This document shows, piece after piece, positions 38,398 through 48,619 of a stretch of 64,000 nucleotides of DNA; positions within the stretch are counted from its first letter, which is position 1; each line of letters opens with the position of its first letter. The notes under the pieces were generated by a model that was not told the DNA's origin, did no database searches, and saw nothing but the letters and a program-made list of their open reading frames with translations. The stretch is from an uncultured Lachnospiraceae bacterium (GTDB lineage Bacteria > Bacillota > Clostridia > Lachnospirales > Lachnospiraceae): NCBI GenBank assembly GCA_947174705.1, contig CAMWKB010000001.1, positions 22,583 to 86,582 of the forward strand, read 5' to 3'. The position numbers and the translations under genes were made by a program.

Positions 38398-39495
38398 TCA
38401 ACAATTTTCTATTTCCTGAATATACGCTTCTACAACTTTCCTTCTGTCAAATACATTCTCTACATATTCCCTGCCCCTAAGTCCCATCTCCTTACGGTCG
38501 GACTCGGTATAGCTAAGTATCGTCTTAATCGTCTGTATCAGACTGTCTACGTCTGCCGGATTAAATAAAAGACCGCTCAGCCCCTGCTGCAGCGTTTCCC
38601 TGCATCCTGACACATTACTTGCAAGCACCGCCCTTCCACATGCGGCCGCTTCTAAGAGCACGTTCGACATTCCTTCATGATAGGAGGGATGGATTATTAC
38701 ATGGCTCTTTGCCATTACTTCCGGCACATTGTCAATATGCCCTAAATATTTGATAATCCCTTTATCCGTCAATTCATTAATTAACGGTTCGTATACCTGT
38801 CTGGTTTCTTCCTCGTATTCTCCCGCGAGATAAAAATGCGTATTTGAATATTCCTCACTGATACGCCTTGCGGCTTCTAAATATTCAGAAATTCCCTTAT
38901 CTTTCATAATGCGCAAAACTGCCAGAAATATAACTCCATCCGCTTCATCCGGATATGGGGAAAGCGGATGCTCGGATAAGTTTACGCCTGAACCCGGCAG
39001 GAGTCTGCTTTTATACATTCTGACTTTTCTTTCAAGCATGAACTGCCTGTTTCCGTCATTTTGGAAAAAAACGCAGGCTGCTTTTGCCGCGACTATTTGA
39101 TAAAACTTTAACAATATCTTTCCCATAACTCTGGGATTTTCTAACGCCGTTCCAAGTCCGGTTACATTTATAATATAGGGAATTCTTTTTATTCTGCAGG
39201 CCAACCCGCCGTATAGATTGGGCTTAATCGTGTAAGTCAAAACCACATCAGGGCTTTCCTCCCGAAGTATCCTTTCATAATTTGTAAAAAGTTTAAAGTC
39301 ATGAACCGGATTGCTGCCCCTGCGCTCTAACTGTGTAGGTATAACCCTGAAGCCAAGTTCCTTTATTTTCTTACAATACTCATCCGGAGGCAGCGAAAGT
39401 ACTGTCTCATATCCCATATTCTTAAAAGCAAGCAGTACCTCTTTACGAAACAGATACATTCCGTTTGCGTTATTGCTTAGAATTAAAATTTTCAT
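38398..39495 (-). CDS. GT4 glycosyltransferase, PglA/CapM-like
   Basis: FRKE, YTIKPNLYG, TGLG, LPGSGV, RIMKDKG, EGMSNVLLEA. Start at ATG 39495 (AAGGAG). Confidence 0.9.
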   Translation of the reverse strand: MKILILSNNANGMYLFRKEVLLAFKNMGYETVLSLPPDEYCKKIKELGFRVIPTQLERRGSNPVHDFKLFTNYERILREESPDVVLTYTIKPNLYGGLACRIKRIPYIINVTGLGTALENPRVMGKILLKFYQIVAAKAACVFFQNDGNRQFMLERKVRMYKSRLLPGSGVNLSEHPLSPYPDEADGVIFLAVLRIMKDKGISEYLEAARRISEEYSNTHFYLAGEYEEETRQVYEPLINELTDKGIIKYLGHIDNVPEVMAKSHVIIHPSYHEGMSNVLLEAAACGRAVLASNVSGCRETLQQGLSGLLFNPADVDSLIQTIKTILSYTESDRKEMGLRGREYVENVFDRRKVVEAYIQEIENC

Positions 39496-39516
39496 TCTTG
39501 CTCCTTGTACGTTGAG

Positions 39517-39678
39517 TAACAGCTCATCCGCACCCATTCGCAAAACGCGCTTTCAGCGCTTTCCGCTGCTTCGCAGCTCTTTTTGCTCATATGCGGGCGC
39601 TACCTCAGAAGATAATATATCTGGTAAATTCATGCTAGCATGATTTGCCAGATATATTATCTTCTGGCTGAGCTGTTA
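39517..39678. mobile_element. MITE/REP-like non-coding element, 158 bp plus flanking TA
   Basis: TA-ACAGCTCA...TGAGCTGT-TA termini; internal hairpin with 23-bp arms around TCATGCTAGCATGA. Confidence 0.65.
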
Positions 39679-40275
39679 TCCCATGAATTCTTCCATCGTA
39701 GCGCTGGTTTCACTGCTTATGCCTTCTCTCTTTAATACTGCGCGTACCGTTTCAAAAAAAATCTTCACATCGAGTGCAAAAGAGAGTTTATTTACATACT
39801 CCACATCGTATTCAAACTTTTTCTCCCAGGTAATGGCGTTGCGACCATGTGTCTGCGCAAGACCGGTAAGACCGGGGCGTACATCGTGCCTGTGTTTCTG
39901 GAATTCATTATATCTTGGAAGATATCTCACCAAAAGAGGACGCGGTCCGATAATGCTCATATCCCCTTTTAAAATATTAAAAAGCTCCGGTAATTCATCC
40001 AGACTGGTGCTGCGAAGTTTCTTTCCAAATGCAGGCAGTCTGTCCTCATCCGGAAGCAGATTGCCTTTCTCATCCTTTGCATCCGTCATGGAACGGAACT
40101 TGTACAATTTAAAAATCTTTTCATCCTTGCCCGGACGTTCCTGCGTAAAAAGAACGGGGGAACCCAGTTTCAGCCTGACAAGTATAGCAAGCACTAAATA
40201 AACAGGGAATAGTATGATAATACCGCATAGGGAAATTACGATATCCAATATACGTTTAATACAGTTTCTATACAT
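39676..40275 (-). CDS. pglC: Monotopic phosphoglycosyl transferase, PglC/EpsL-like
   Basis: [49 protein letters not shown]. Confidence 0.88.
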   Translation of the reverse strand: MYRNCIKRILDIVISLCGIIILFPVYLVLAILVRLKLGSPVLFTQERPGKDEKIFKLYKFRSMTDAKDEKGNLLPDEDRLPAFGKKLRSTSLDELPELFNILKGDMSIIGPRPLLVRYLPRYNEFQKHRHDVRPGLTGLAQTHGRNAITWEKKFEYDVEYVNKLSFALDVKIFFETVRAVLKREGISSETSATMEEFMG

Positions 40276-40355
40276 TCAAGGGCTCCTTTCAGTATATTTG
40301 GCATATTCAAGGATTGCATAACATATTGTCCAAGTTCGTGCCTCTTGAAACCAGT

Positions 40356-41489
40356 TCACCTCCCGAAGCACTTCCTAACCGTATTGATAATGAGCTCCAT
40401 ATCCTCATCCGTATTCTTAATATCACTCGGTAAGCATAATCCTCTGTTAAATACATCTTCTGCCACGCTGTTTTCTGAGCCGTCCGCTGTGACGAAGTCA
40501 TACTCCGCAAATACCGGCTGCAAATGCATGGGTTTCCAGATGGGACGGGATTCAATGTTCAGGTCTTGTAATGCATCCATTATAATATCAGGCGTTATTT
40601 TACATCCCTCCTTTATTAAAAGGCAGGAAAGCCAGTTGTTGGCGTCGCCGTCTTTATTTAATGGGTTCATGGAGAGTTCTTCTATATCTTTAAAGGCTTC
40701 TTTATATCGTTTATAGATTTTCTGTTTTAAAGCCTTATGCTCTTCAAGGTGAAGAAGCTGTCCTCTTCCGATTCCCGCTGTGATATTGCTCATTCTGTAA
40801 TTGTATCCGATTTGAGAATGTTGATAGTGGCGTGCGGCATCTCTTGCCTGTGTCGCTAAAAACGTAGCTTTTTTAGTAATTTCTTCCTCATCAGATACCA
40901 GCATACCACCGCCTGATGTAGTTATTATTTTATTTCCGTTAAATGAATATATCCCGATTTTACCAAAAGTGCCTGTATGCTTATCTTTATAGGTACTGCT
41001 TAAGGATTCTGCAGCGTCTTCTATAAGCGGAACATTGTGCTTTTTACAGGTTTCCATAATTTCGTCTAACTTGGCCGGAGTTCCGTATAAGTGTACTACC
41101 ATTACGGCTTTTGGGGTTCCGTATTTTTCAAAAGCTCTTTCCAAAGCCTGCGGAGACATATTCCATGTATCTTCTTCTGAGTCGATAAATACCGGAGTTG
41201 CATTTTCATAAATTATAGGATTACAAGTCGCACTGAAAGTCAGGCTCGGAACAAATACTATGTCGCCCTCGCCTACGCCAAGAATTCTAAGCGCCAGATG
41301 AATAGCTGCAGTTCCTGCGCTGAGCGCAGATGCATAGGCTGCACCCGTATAGGCTGCCATCTCCTTTTCCAAAGCATTTACATTAGGTCCAAGCGGTGCG
41401 ACCCAGTTGGTATCAAAAGCCTCCTTAACAAATTCCTGTTCGTCACCATGCATAGTAGGGCTTGATAAATAAATTCTCTTCCTCTCCAC
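40356..41489 (-). CDS. DegT-family UDP-4-keto-6-deoxy-HexNAc aminotransferase (PglE/EpsN-like)
   Basis: NWVAPLGP, EDAAESL, SFNGNKIITTSGGG, GYNYRMSN, RPIWKPMH. Confidence 0.9.
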   Translation of the reverse strand: MERKRIYLSSPTMHGDEQEFVKEAFDTNWVAPLGPNVNALEKEMAAYTGAAYASALSAGTAAIHLALRILGVGEGDIVFVPSLTFSATCNPIIYENATPVFIDSEEDTWNMSPQALERAFEKYGTPKAVMVVHLYGTPAKLDEIMETCKKHNVPLIEDAAESLSSTYKDKHTGTFGKIGIYSFNGNKIITTSGGGMLVSDEEEITKKATFLATQARDAARHYQHSQIGYNYRMSNITAGIGRGQLLHLEEHKALKQKIYKRYKEAFKDIEELSMNPLNKDGDANNWLSCLLIKEGCKITPDIIMDALQDLNIESRPIWKPMHLQPVFAEYDFVTADGSENSVAEDVFNRGLCLPSDIKNTDEDMELIINTVRKCFGR

Positions 41490-43381
41490 TACCTGACACT
41501 TCCTTTCTCTTCCACTGCCTCATAATTATAAGTCGGCACAATTTTTTTAATCAAATGTCTTATATCAGAACTTTCAATCATGCACTCATCTTTAAGCTCT
41601 TTTAGCTGGGTAAAAAACTCCTGCTCATCCAACTCGATTGGCCTTCCTATGTGAATCATTGCATTAGCTGTGTCACGAAGACCTTCTTCATCCATAAGCA
41701 GTTCCTCGTATAGTTTTTCTCCGGGACGCAGACCTGTAAATTCAATTTTTATATCTTCCCCAGGCCGGTAGCCTGACAAACGGATAAGGTTTTCCGCCAA
41801 TGTTAAAATTTTAACAGGTTCTCCCATATCCAGAACAAAAATCTCCCCGCCCTTAGCATAAGCGCCTGCCTGCAATACAAGCGATACCGCTTCCGAAATC
41901 GTCATAAAATAACGGATGATATCCGGATGTGTAACGGTTACAGGTCCGCCCTCCGCTATCTGTTTTCTAAATAACGGAATAACGCTTCCGTTGCTTCCAA
42001 GCACATTTCCAAAACGCACCGCCACAAATTCGGTATCATAATGCTTGTTAAAAGTCTGTATTATCATTTCACAGATACGTTTGCTGGCCCCCATTATATT
42101 GGTTGGGTTTACCGCCTTATCGGTAGATATCATAACGAAACGCTTTACGCCGCTCATAGCTGCTGCCTGTGCCGTCTTAAAAGTTCCGAATACATTATTT
42201 TTAATCGCTTCCGTCGGGCTGTCTTCCATAAGCGGTACGTGCTTATGTGCAGCTGCATGATAAACAATATCAGGTTTATATTTGGAAAATATCCAGTTCA
42301 TACGGTTTGTATTACGCACAGATGCAATCAGCACTACAAGGTCTAACTCAGGATTCTTCATTTTCAGTTCCTGCTGCACATCATAAACACTGTTCTCATA
42401 AATATCCAGCATAATCAGACGTTTCGGCTTATGCTGGGCAATCTGCCTGCAAAGTTCGCTTCCGATAGAACCGCCTCCGCCTGTTACAAGTACGGTTTTA
42501 TTCTGTACATAACCCAAAATAGAATCCATATCTACGCTGACCGGCTCTCTTCCAAGCAAGTCCTCAACCTCTACGTCACGCAGTTTGCTGATACTGACAT
42601 CGCCATTTACGAGCTGGTACATTCCGGGCAATGAGCGCAGCTTACAGTTTGTATCCTTACAGATTTCCAGAATTTTCCGGATATCCGTCCTTGGCGCTGA
42701 GGGCATTGCCACAATAATCTCGTCCACACCGTAAACGTCGGCGCACTCCACAATCTTATCCCTGCCGCCTGCTACTTTAATACCCTGTATATATCTTCCC
42801 CATTTTCCCTTGTCATCATCAATAATGCATTTAATAACCATCGTAGAAAAATTGCTGTTGATAATCTCTTTTATAATAGCATTAGCAGCCTCTCCGGCTC
42901 CGATTACCATAACCCCAATCTTATTGTTCTTATTCTGCTGCTTATGCTTAAGCCCTCTGAAAAACCTGTATGAAAAGCGGCTTGCAAAAACACAGCTTAT
43001 CAGTAAAAACATATACAAAAAATAGTAGGTCCTGGGCACCGCCTGTTCAGTCACCTTAAAAAACTGAAGCCCGATTCCGTTCATAATCGTCGAAGTCACA
43101 CAGGCAACCACAATGTTTTGCAGCTCAGTCTCACCGGCGAATGCCCACAAACTGCTGTATAGATGGAAAAAGTAAAATATTACAAGCGTAAGAAGAATAT
43201 TAAGGGGCATAAACCTCTCAATTGGACGTACAAACGCTGACGGTATCATAGTCAAGTAAAACTCATACCTTATTATGATTGCCAGATAACTTGCTATGAT
43301 AACGCTGATGACATCATATATTATCAGAGCTGTTCTTCTATAAAATAATTTTACGTTAAATGCTTTTTTTATCTTCTTCAT
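41489..43381 (-). CDS. UDP-GlcNAc 4,6-dehydratase (PglF/CapD/EpsC)
   Basis: N-terminal TMs, TGGGGSIGSEL, HAAAHKHVP, STDKAVNPTNIMGASK, RFGNVLGS.GS, RPGEKLYEEL. Confidence 0.93.
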   Translation of the reverse strand: MKKIKKAFNVKLFYRRTALIIYDVISVIIASYLAIIIRYEFYLTMIPSAFVRPIERFMPLNILLTLVIFYFFHLYSSLWAFAGETELQNIVVACVTSTIMNGIGLQFFKVTEQAVPRTYYFLYMFLLISCVFASRFSYRFFRGLKHKQQNKNNKIGVMVIGAGEAANAIIKEIINSNFSTMVIKCIIDDDKGKWGRYIQGIKVAGGRDKIVECADVYGVDEIIVAMPSAPRTDIRKILEICKDTNCKLRSLPGMYQLVNGDVSISKLRDVEVEDLLGREPVSVDMDSILGYVQNKTVLVTGGGGSIGSELCRQIAQHKPKRLIMLDIYENSVYDVQQELKMKNPELDLVVLIASVRNTNRMNWIFSKYKPDIVYHAAAHKHVPLMEDSPTEAIKNNVFGTFKTAQAAAMSGVKRFVMISTDKAVNPTNIMGASKRICEMIIQTFNKHYDTEFVAVRFGNVLGSNGSVIPLFRKQIAEGGPVTVTHPDIIRYFMTISEAVSLVLQAGAYAKGGEIFVLDMGEPVKILTLAENLIRLSGYRPGEDIKIEFTGLRPGEKLYEELLMDEEGLRDTANAMIHIGRPIELDEQEFFTQLKELKDECMIESSDIRHLIKKIVPTYNYEAVEEKGSVR

Positions 43382-43383
43382 TT

Positions 43384-45942
43384 CTATACGTTCCCTCTAC
43401 TGCGCTTCTTTACATCCACTAATAACGGAGCCAGCGCCAGCAACAGACAGAATGTAATCGGATTACACGGATGGAAAATCCATTCCGTTAAGCCTGCCAC
43501 TGCAAACGCAATTAATATGGCAAGCGGAAATATACTGCATCGTCTGTCTTCTTTTCTCTTGATATCATAAATTAATGACTGTATAAATGTACAAAAACCA
43601 AATATAATGAATACTATTCCTATCGGAATACCATGGTCATACGCTACCTGCAGATATACATTGTGGGCATGAGCAATCATTTTCCCATTTGGCAGAATAA
43701 TCTCCATCTTATCATGCCCCTGCATATTCATATTAGCCGCATATAGTTCAAAAATATCAAATCTTCCGTTCGCATATGCCTCTGCGTCGCTTTCCTGCAT
43801 CTCATATGCTTCGCCCTCAGGAATCTGTTCTCCCGAAAAATCAGCCGATACAACTAACATTTTATCTACCGGAACAATATCATCCTTTGCATAGTCAAAA
43901 GATTTAATACACTTATCCTCAGGAATTCCCAACACCTTCATCTCAAATACCTGAAGGAATCTCCTGATGGTTATATAATACTTGGAATCCATATCCCTGC
44001 CATGCACTATTTCGCTGGGAAGTTCTTCTATATCCATAGTTTCGGGACGCGCCACTATCGCCGGTATTATCCTCTGTGCTGTAAATACGGCGGGAAAACA
44101 TAAAACCACCGCCATAAACATCATAATTACTGCACCGGCTAATGATTTAAGCTTTTTCTTCATTCCAAGGCAGGCAAACGGAATTACAATTAACGCCATT
44201 ACAATAATAGCCAGATAGCCTGTCCTTGATAAAGTAAAAATAAGATATTCCACAGAAATCCCAAATACCACAAGCTCTTTCCATATACAGGATAAGCTCC
44301 GGTTCCTTCTGTAAGCGTCCAAAAGTTTTGCTAACGCCGCACAAACGACCATTGCTAAATATACTGCGGAAACCGTCACCGTATGGAATATAAAAGGATA
44401 TCTTGTGTATATAAAAAACATATACGGTCTATGCAGTAAGCAATAACCGACCATTATAAGAAAGTGAAACAAAATTCCGTTACAAATATTTTCGGCCAGT
44501 CTTTCCCTCTTTTCCCAGACAGCCATTCTTATATAGTATAAGCCAAAAGTACATACCAGATAAACCGGCCAGCCTCTCGTGTTTCTGAATATTACCAAAA
44601 GTGCAAAAAATACTGCCAGTATTATTCCATATACCCGGCTGACAGTAAGCGTGTCAGTCGCATTTTTCCAAAAATCTTTAAACGAAATCTTTTTCCCTCT
44701 ATCAGACAAATACTGCCTACGCATCGACATATATCGCCTAAACGGAAGTAACAGCGTATTTATTATAACAATTCCGGCTATAATTGCTGCAAAAGCACTT
44801 AAATATACAACCTTTGCTTCCTCCTCGGTCTGCGCAAATACTACGTTTTCGCGATAATATGAATATCCTATCACCGCTGCTGTTACTAAATAAATCAAAT
44901 TAATTACATTAAAAATCTCTTTACGCTTGTAAGTCACAATTACCGCCAAGGCAAAATAGATAAGCATCTCACGAAAAGCTATAGTATGTTTAAGTTCATA
45001 CAGCCCGTTCATATAATTCACGCCCGCCTGAATAGCCAATGCCAAAAAAGCAGACTGCAGATAATCTGTCCACCTGTCACACAAAACCGAATAACCCATA
45101 TCATGGCTCTTATTCAGCCTTTTATGGTTTATACCGTATAATAAAATCCCTGCAGTGATTAAAACTCCAATTTCAAAACATATAACAGTCTCAATTTCCT
45201 CTGTAAATAAACACAGCGGCCATATCGCTATTACGCTTATTATTGTCGCTATTATAACCAATGGATTTGCGACGTTTTTCCAAAGTGTCTCCACTGTAAG
45301 CAGACGGTTTTTATCCTGATTTTTTGTATAATATTTCTTAGTACATACTGATACAATAATTCCAAGCAATACAAGCAGGGCATCACACACAAGTGTTTTG
45401 CCCTTTCTAAGAGGAATCCTATATTCATATTCCGTAATTATATTATGCTCCGTATCCTCTACATTGTCATAATATAATGTTCCGTTATAAATCGTGCCTG
45501 AGTCCTGCGTATCCTCATATGCCACATAGAAGTCTGAAGAAATACCCTGTATCAGATAATAATATTCCCTTCCGACCTCCGTATCCTGATTGAGCTGTAT
45601 AGTGCAAAATCCCGGCATTTCCTTCATTTCATCCGTGGAAATAAACTGCTGCATGAGAATTTTCATGGAAGCATCATACAGGATAAAATTAAATTCTTCT
45701 CCGGCAGCTTCGTTCATAAAATAAACCTTGATATTCTGCAGGTGGTCATACTGGGCAATAAACATCTGCATAACAGTATAATCCTGCGTAATTGCTTCTG
45801 ACTGCATGGATATCTGCTGATTGCTTCTTGAAACCACAAGCTCATTTACAAGCCGAAGCGGCCACAATGTAATTATTATACATATAATTACAATCCAAAC
45901 CGTTCCACAGATTGCCTGATGTCTATTTATAATTTTATTCAC
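43384..45942 (-). CDS. Large O-antigen-ligase/O-oligosaccharyltransferase-like membrane protein (Wzy_C motif)
   Basis: TLSRTG, ANGR and HAHNVYLQVAYDHGI near the C-terminus; many TMs; roughly 150-aa soluble domain after TM1. Confidence 0.65.
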   Translation of the reverse strand: MNKIINRHQAICGTVWIVIICIIITLWPLRLVNELVVSRSNQQISMQSEAITQDYTVMQMFIAQYDHLQNIKVYFMNEAAGEEFNFILYDASMKILMQQFISTDEMKEMPGFCTIQLNQDTEVGREYYYLIQGISSDFYVAYEDTQDSGTIYNGTLYYDNVEDTEHNIITEYEYRIPLRKGKTLVCDALLVLLGIIVSVCTKKYYTKNQDKNRLLTVETLWKNVANPLVIIATIISVIAIWPLCLFTEEIETVICFEIGVLITAGILLYGINHKRLNKSHDMGYSVLCDRWTDYLQSAFLALAIQAGVNYMNGLYELKHTIAFREMLIYFALAVIVTYKRKEIFNVINLIYLVTAAVIGYSYYRENVVFAQTEEEAKVVYLSAFAAIIAGIVIINTLLLPFRRYMSMRRQYLSDRGKKISFKDFWKNATDTLTVSRVYGIILAVFFALLVIFRNTRGWPVYLVCTFGLYYIRMAVWEKRERLAENICNGILFHFLIMVGYCLLHRPYMFFIYTRYPFIFHTVTVSAVYLAMVVCAALAKLLDAYRRNRSLSCIWKELVVFGISVEYLIFTLSRTGYLAIIVMALIVIPFACLGMKKKLKSLAGAVIMMFMAVVLCFPAVFTAQRIIPAIVARPETMDIEELPSEIVHGRDMDSKYYITIRRFLQVFEMKVLGIPEDKCIKSFDYAKDDIVPVDKMLVVSADFSGEQIPEGEAYEMQESDAEAYANGRFDIFELYAANMNMQGHDKMEIILPNGKMIAHAHNVYLQVAYDHGIPIGIVFIIFGFCTFIQSLIYDIKRKEDRRCSIFPLAILIAFAVAGLTEWIFHPCNPITFCLLLALAPLLVDVKKRSRGNV

Positions 45943-46035
45943 TATATTCCTTCCTCAAATCTGCCACGATTTTCCAAAATCTGCGATGTTTGGGCAAGGC
46001 ACAAACTCGCGGGTGAAAAATTTATTTTTCACCAT

Positions 46036-46064
46036 ATTTTACCATAACTGTATTTATTTTACAA
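46036..46064 (-). promoter_or_regulatory. Sigma-A promoter TTGTAA-17-TAAAAT (extended -10) upstream of the ligase-like/pglF block
   Basis: Exact 17-bp spacer with TGG before the -10. Confidence 0.6.
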
Positions 46065-48563
46065 CTTATCCCTGCTAGGATTCAACCAGTATTTCATACA
46101 TTCCGCAAGCTGTACAAAATCCAGCGGTTTGGCAAGATGTGCATTCATACCGGCGGCCTTGCCCTCTGCAATATCCTCCACATAACTATTAGCCGATATT
46201 GCTATAATCGGAACAGTCGCTGCGTCAGGGCGCTCCAGTTTACGTATTGCTTTTGCAGCCTCATAACCATTCATAACCGGCATCTGAATATCCATCAAAA
46301 TGATATCGTAATACCCCTCGTCACTTTCTGCAAAATGCTCTAAGGCGTCCTTACCGTCTACCGCACATTCTACCCAGGCTCCGGTACTTTCAATCAACTC
46401 TGTGGCAATCTCACGGTTAATTTCAATATCGTCTACAAGCAATGCCCTATATCCCTCAAAATATATCTCAGACAAATCATCATCGGATACTTTCTCTTGC
46501 ACTACACCGTCCTGTTGTTTTAAGAATAAAGTTACCGTAAAAACAGAACCTGTTCCGATTTCACTGCTTACACTTATGTTTCCCCCCATCATACGGACAA
46601 TATTCTGCGCTATAGTCAGACCAAGACCCGTGCCTTCAACTTGACTTATACGGGAGTCCTCTGCACGGAAAAACGGCTCGAATATACGTTTGGAGAATTC
46701 TTCATCCATTCCTATTCCGTTATCTTTAAAAACAAAGTCATAGCAGCCATATCCATATTTCATGGATTCATTCTGTATAATCCGAAGTTCCAGAACTCCG
46801 TTATCAGGAGTATACCTGACTGCATTTTCCATAATATTTGTAAATATCTGTTTAAGGAGCTTAGCATCCCCAATTACATTTTCACTATCTACCTGCATCG
46901 GATGAATCTTCAGTTCGTGATTTTTATCACGTATCCGTGTATCAAGCTCCTGTGCCACTTCCTGTATTATATCCGAAATCCTGAAACTATCTTCTGCCAG
47001 GTCTATTTCGCCGGATTCAATCCAACTCATATCCAACACTTCATTCACCAATGCTAATAAACGTTTTGCAGACTCATTTATTTTATCCAGACAGTCCAGC
47101 ATCCTGTAAACATCATCCTTATGCGAATATGCCAATGTTGTCATTCCGATAATTCCGTTTATGGGAGTGCGTATATCATGGCTCATTCTGGACAAAAACT
47201 CGCTCTTGGAAGCATTAGCATGATTTGCGGCCTCATATGCATCTCTAAGAGCCTTATGTTCCTTAGCTTCCTTAAGCTTAATTTCCGTAACATTCTGCGC
47301 CGTATATAATGCCGTCCTCGGCTTTCCGTCAGGACCGGTCTGTGCCAGAACTGCAGTAACACGCATCCAGCCATAGTTTCCAAATGTTCCGTCAGGATCA
47401 ATAACATCTTTAGAATATTTCCGGTACTCTACTGCCACATACGGCTTATCTCTTCTCAAAGTTTTAATGAGATTTCTACTGCTCAAAGTCTCCAAATACT
47501 TTTTCCTGTCATCCGGATGAATCTCTAACTCGGCATAGGTATGTATTGCTTCCGTATAATTCACCAGATTACCGAGAACTTCCTTTACGTCCCACTCTTT
47601 AGTCACGCCGCGATACATATCATGTTCCAAATCCACATAATAGGTTGTGGAGAACATACTGCTCAGGCTGCGGATAATTCCTCTCCTGGTCTGTGCTGCC
47701 TCTTGTAACTCACGTTCTCTACGCTTCTCATCAGTAATATCCCTGCCCAGAATATTGACCACAACATTCTTTCCCTGTCTTATATAAAACAAGTGCTGTT
47801 TAAGCCAGCGCACCGGTTCTTCCTTTATGCGGTATTCGCAGATTTCATCCGAAACGCTTTCCGTTTCATCAGCCTTTTCGCGCATATGCTGCAAAGACAT
47901 TACTTTAAAGAAAGTTTCCTTGTCCTCATCCCATATCATATCGGACATTATTTTTCTGGTGTACTGGTCATAGTCTCCTATCAGTATATTACCCGAACCA
48001 AGACTTTCATTTAAATAAACTCTTTCACACTGTCCGTTTTCCAAATTGATTGTATTCATCACGTCATATCTGGACTTAATGATTGCCGCCATCTGCATAT
48101 CATGCTGCATATGCGCCTCTTCACTGCGTACAAACTCATCCAGATTCCTGAATGACAGCAGGGCATAGTCTTTCATCCCCTGTTCATATCCAAGGTAAAC
48201 TATAATTGATACATAAGAATAGTCTTCACTGCCATACCACTGACATACCATTTCATATTTTTGTTCTCCATTAGCTCTATAATCACGCAGCGCCTCTAAG
48301 GAAAATTTTTTTTCAAACGAATCCTGATGTTCTTCAATAATATTTTTTTTGATATGCATACGCATAAGTTCATTCCACTGTAATGTCAAAGACGGAATTT
48401 TATTCTTGGAATGTGCATCTACCTGTAAAGGACTGGCAATTCCCGTATTCAGATTAATAACGTAAATTCCAAAATTCTGTTCTGCGGAAACCGGATTAAT
48501 CTCATGTTCTTGGAGAGGTCCATGCAGGGGTTCTAAAATTTTCTCATTATTTTTGTTGTTCAT
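46059..48563 (-). CDS. Cytoplasmic hybrid histidine kinase/response regulator with PAS-like inputs
   Basis: FLSRMSHDIRTP, NAVRYT, DNGIG, GTGLGL, LLVDD, LMDIQMP, AKP; no TM segments evident. Confidence 0.92.
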   Translation of the reverse strand: MNNKNNEKILEPLHGPLQEHEINPVSAEQNFGIYVINLNTGIASPLQVDAHSKNKIPSLTLQWNELMRMHIKKNIIEEHQDSFEKKFSLEALRDYRANGEQKYEMVCQWYGSEDYSYVSIIVYLGYEQGMKDYALLSFRNLDEFVRSEEAHMQHDMQMAAIIKSRYDVMNTINLENGQCERVYLNESLGSGNILIGDYDQYTRKIMSDMIWDEDKETFFKVMSLQHMREKADETESVSDEICEYRIKEEPVRWLKQHLFYIRQGKNVVVNILGRDITDEKRRERELQEAAQTRRGIIRSLSSMFSTTYYVDLEHDMYRGVTKEWDVKEVLGNLVNYTEAIHTYAELEIHPDDRKKYLETLSSRNLIKTLRRDKPYVAVEYRKYSKDVIDPDGTFGNYGWMRVTAVLAQTGPDGKPRTALYTAQNVTEIKLKEAKEHKALRDAYEAANHANASKSEFLSRMSHDIRTPINGIIGMTTLAYSHKDDVYRMLDCLDKINESAKRLLALVNEVLDMSWIESGEIDLAEDSFRISDIIQEVAQELDTRIRDKNHELKIHPMQVDSENVIGDAKLLKQIFTNIMENAVRYTPDNGVLELRIIQNESMKYGYGCYDFVFKDNGIGMDEEFSKRIFEPFFRAEDSRISQVEGTGLGLTIAQNIVRMMGGNISVSSEIGTGSVFTVTLFLKQQDGVVQEKVSDDDLSEIYFEGYRALLVDDIEINREIATELIESTGAWVECAVDGKDALEHFAESDEGYYDIILMDIQMPVMNGYEAAKAIRKLERPDAATVPIIAISANSYVEDIAEGKAAGMNAHLAKPLDFVQLAECMKYWLNPSRDKL

Positions 48564-48619
48564 ACATTCACCTATCAAGCTTTCTGACTTATCACTTTAT
48601 TAAGCGCCCATGTAAAACA

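Noticed and set aside
36513-39678. Invertible promoter segments bounded by inverted repeats
   Set aside because: The arms enclose only short loops with no promoter, and no recombinase is in the window.
45943-46033. Riboswitch (e.g. c-di-GMP) in the leader of the ligase-like gene
   Set aside because: No recognisable aptamer consensus; better explained by the dispersed repeat.
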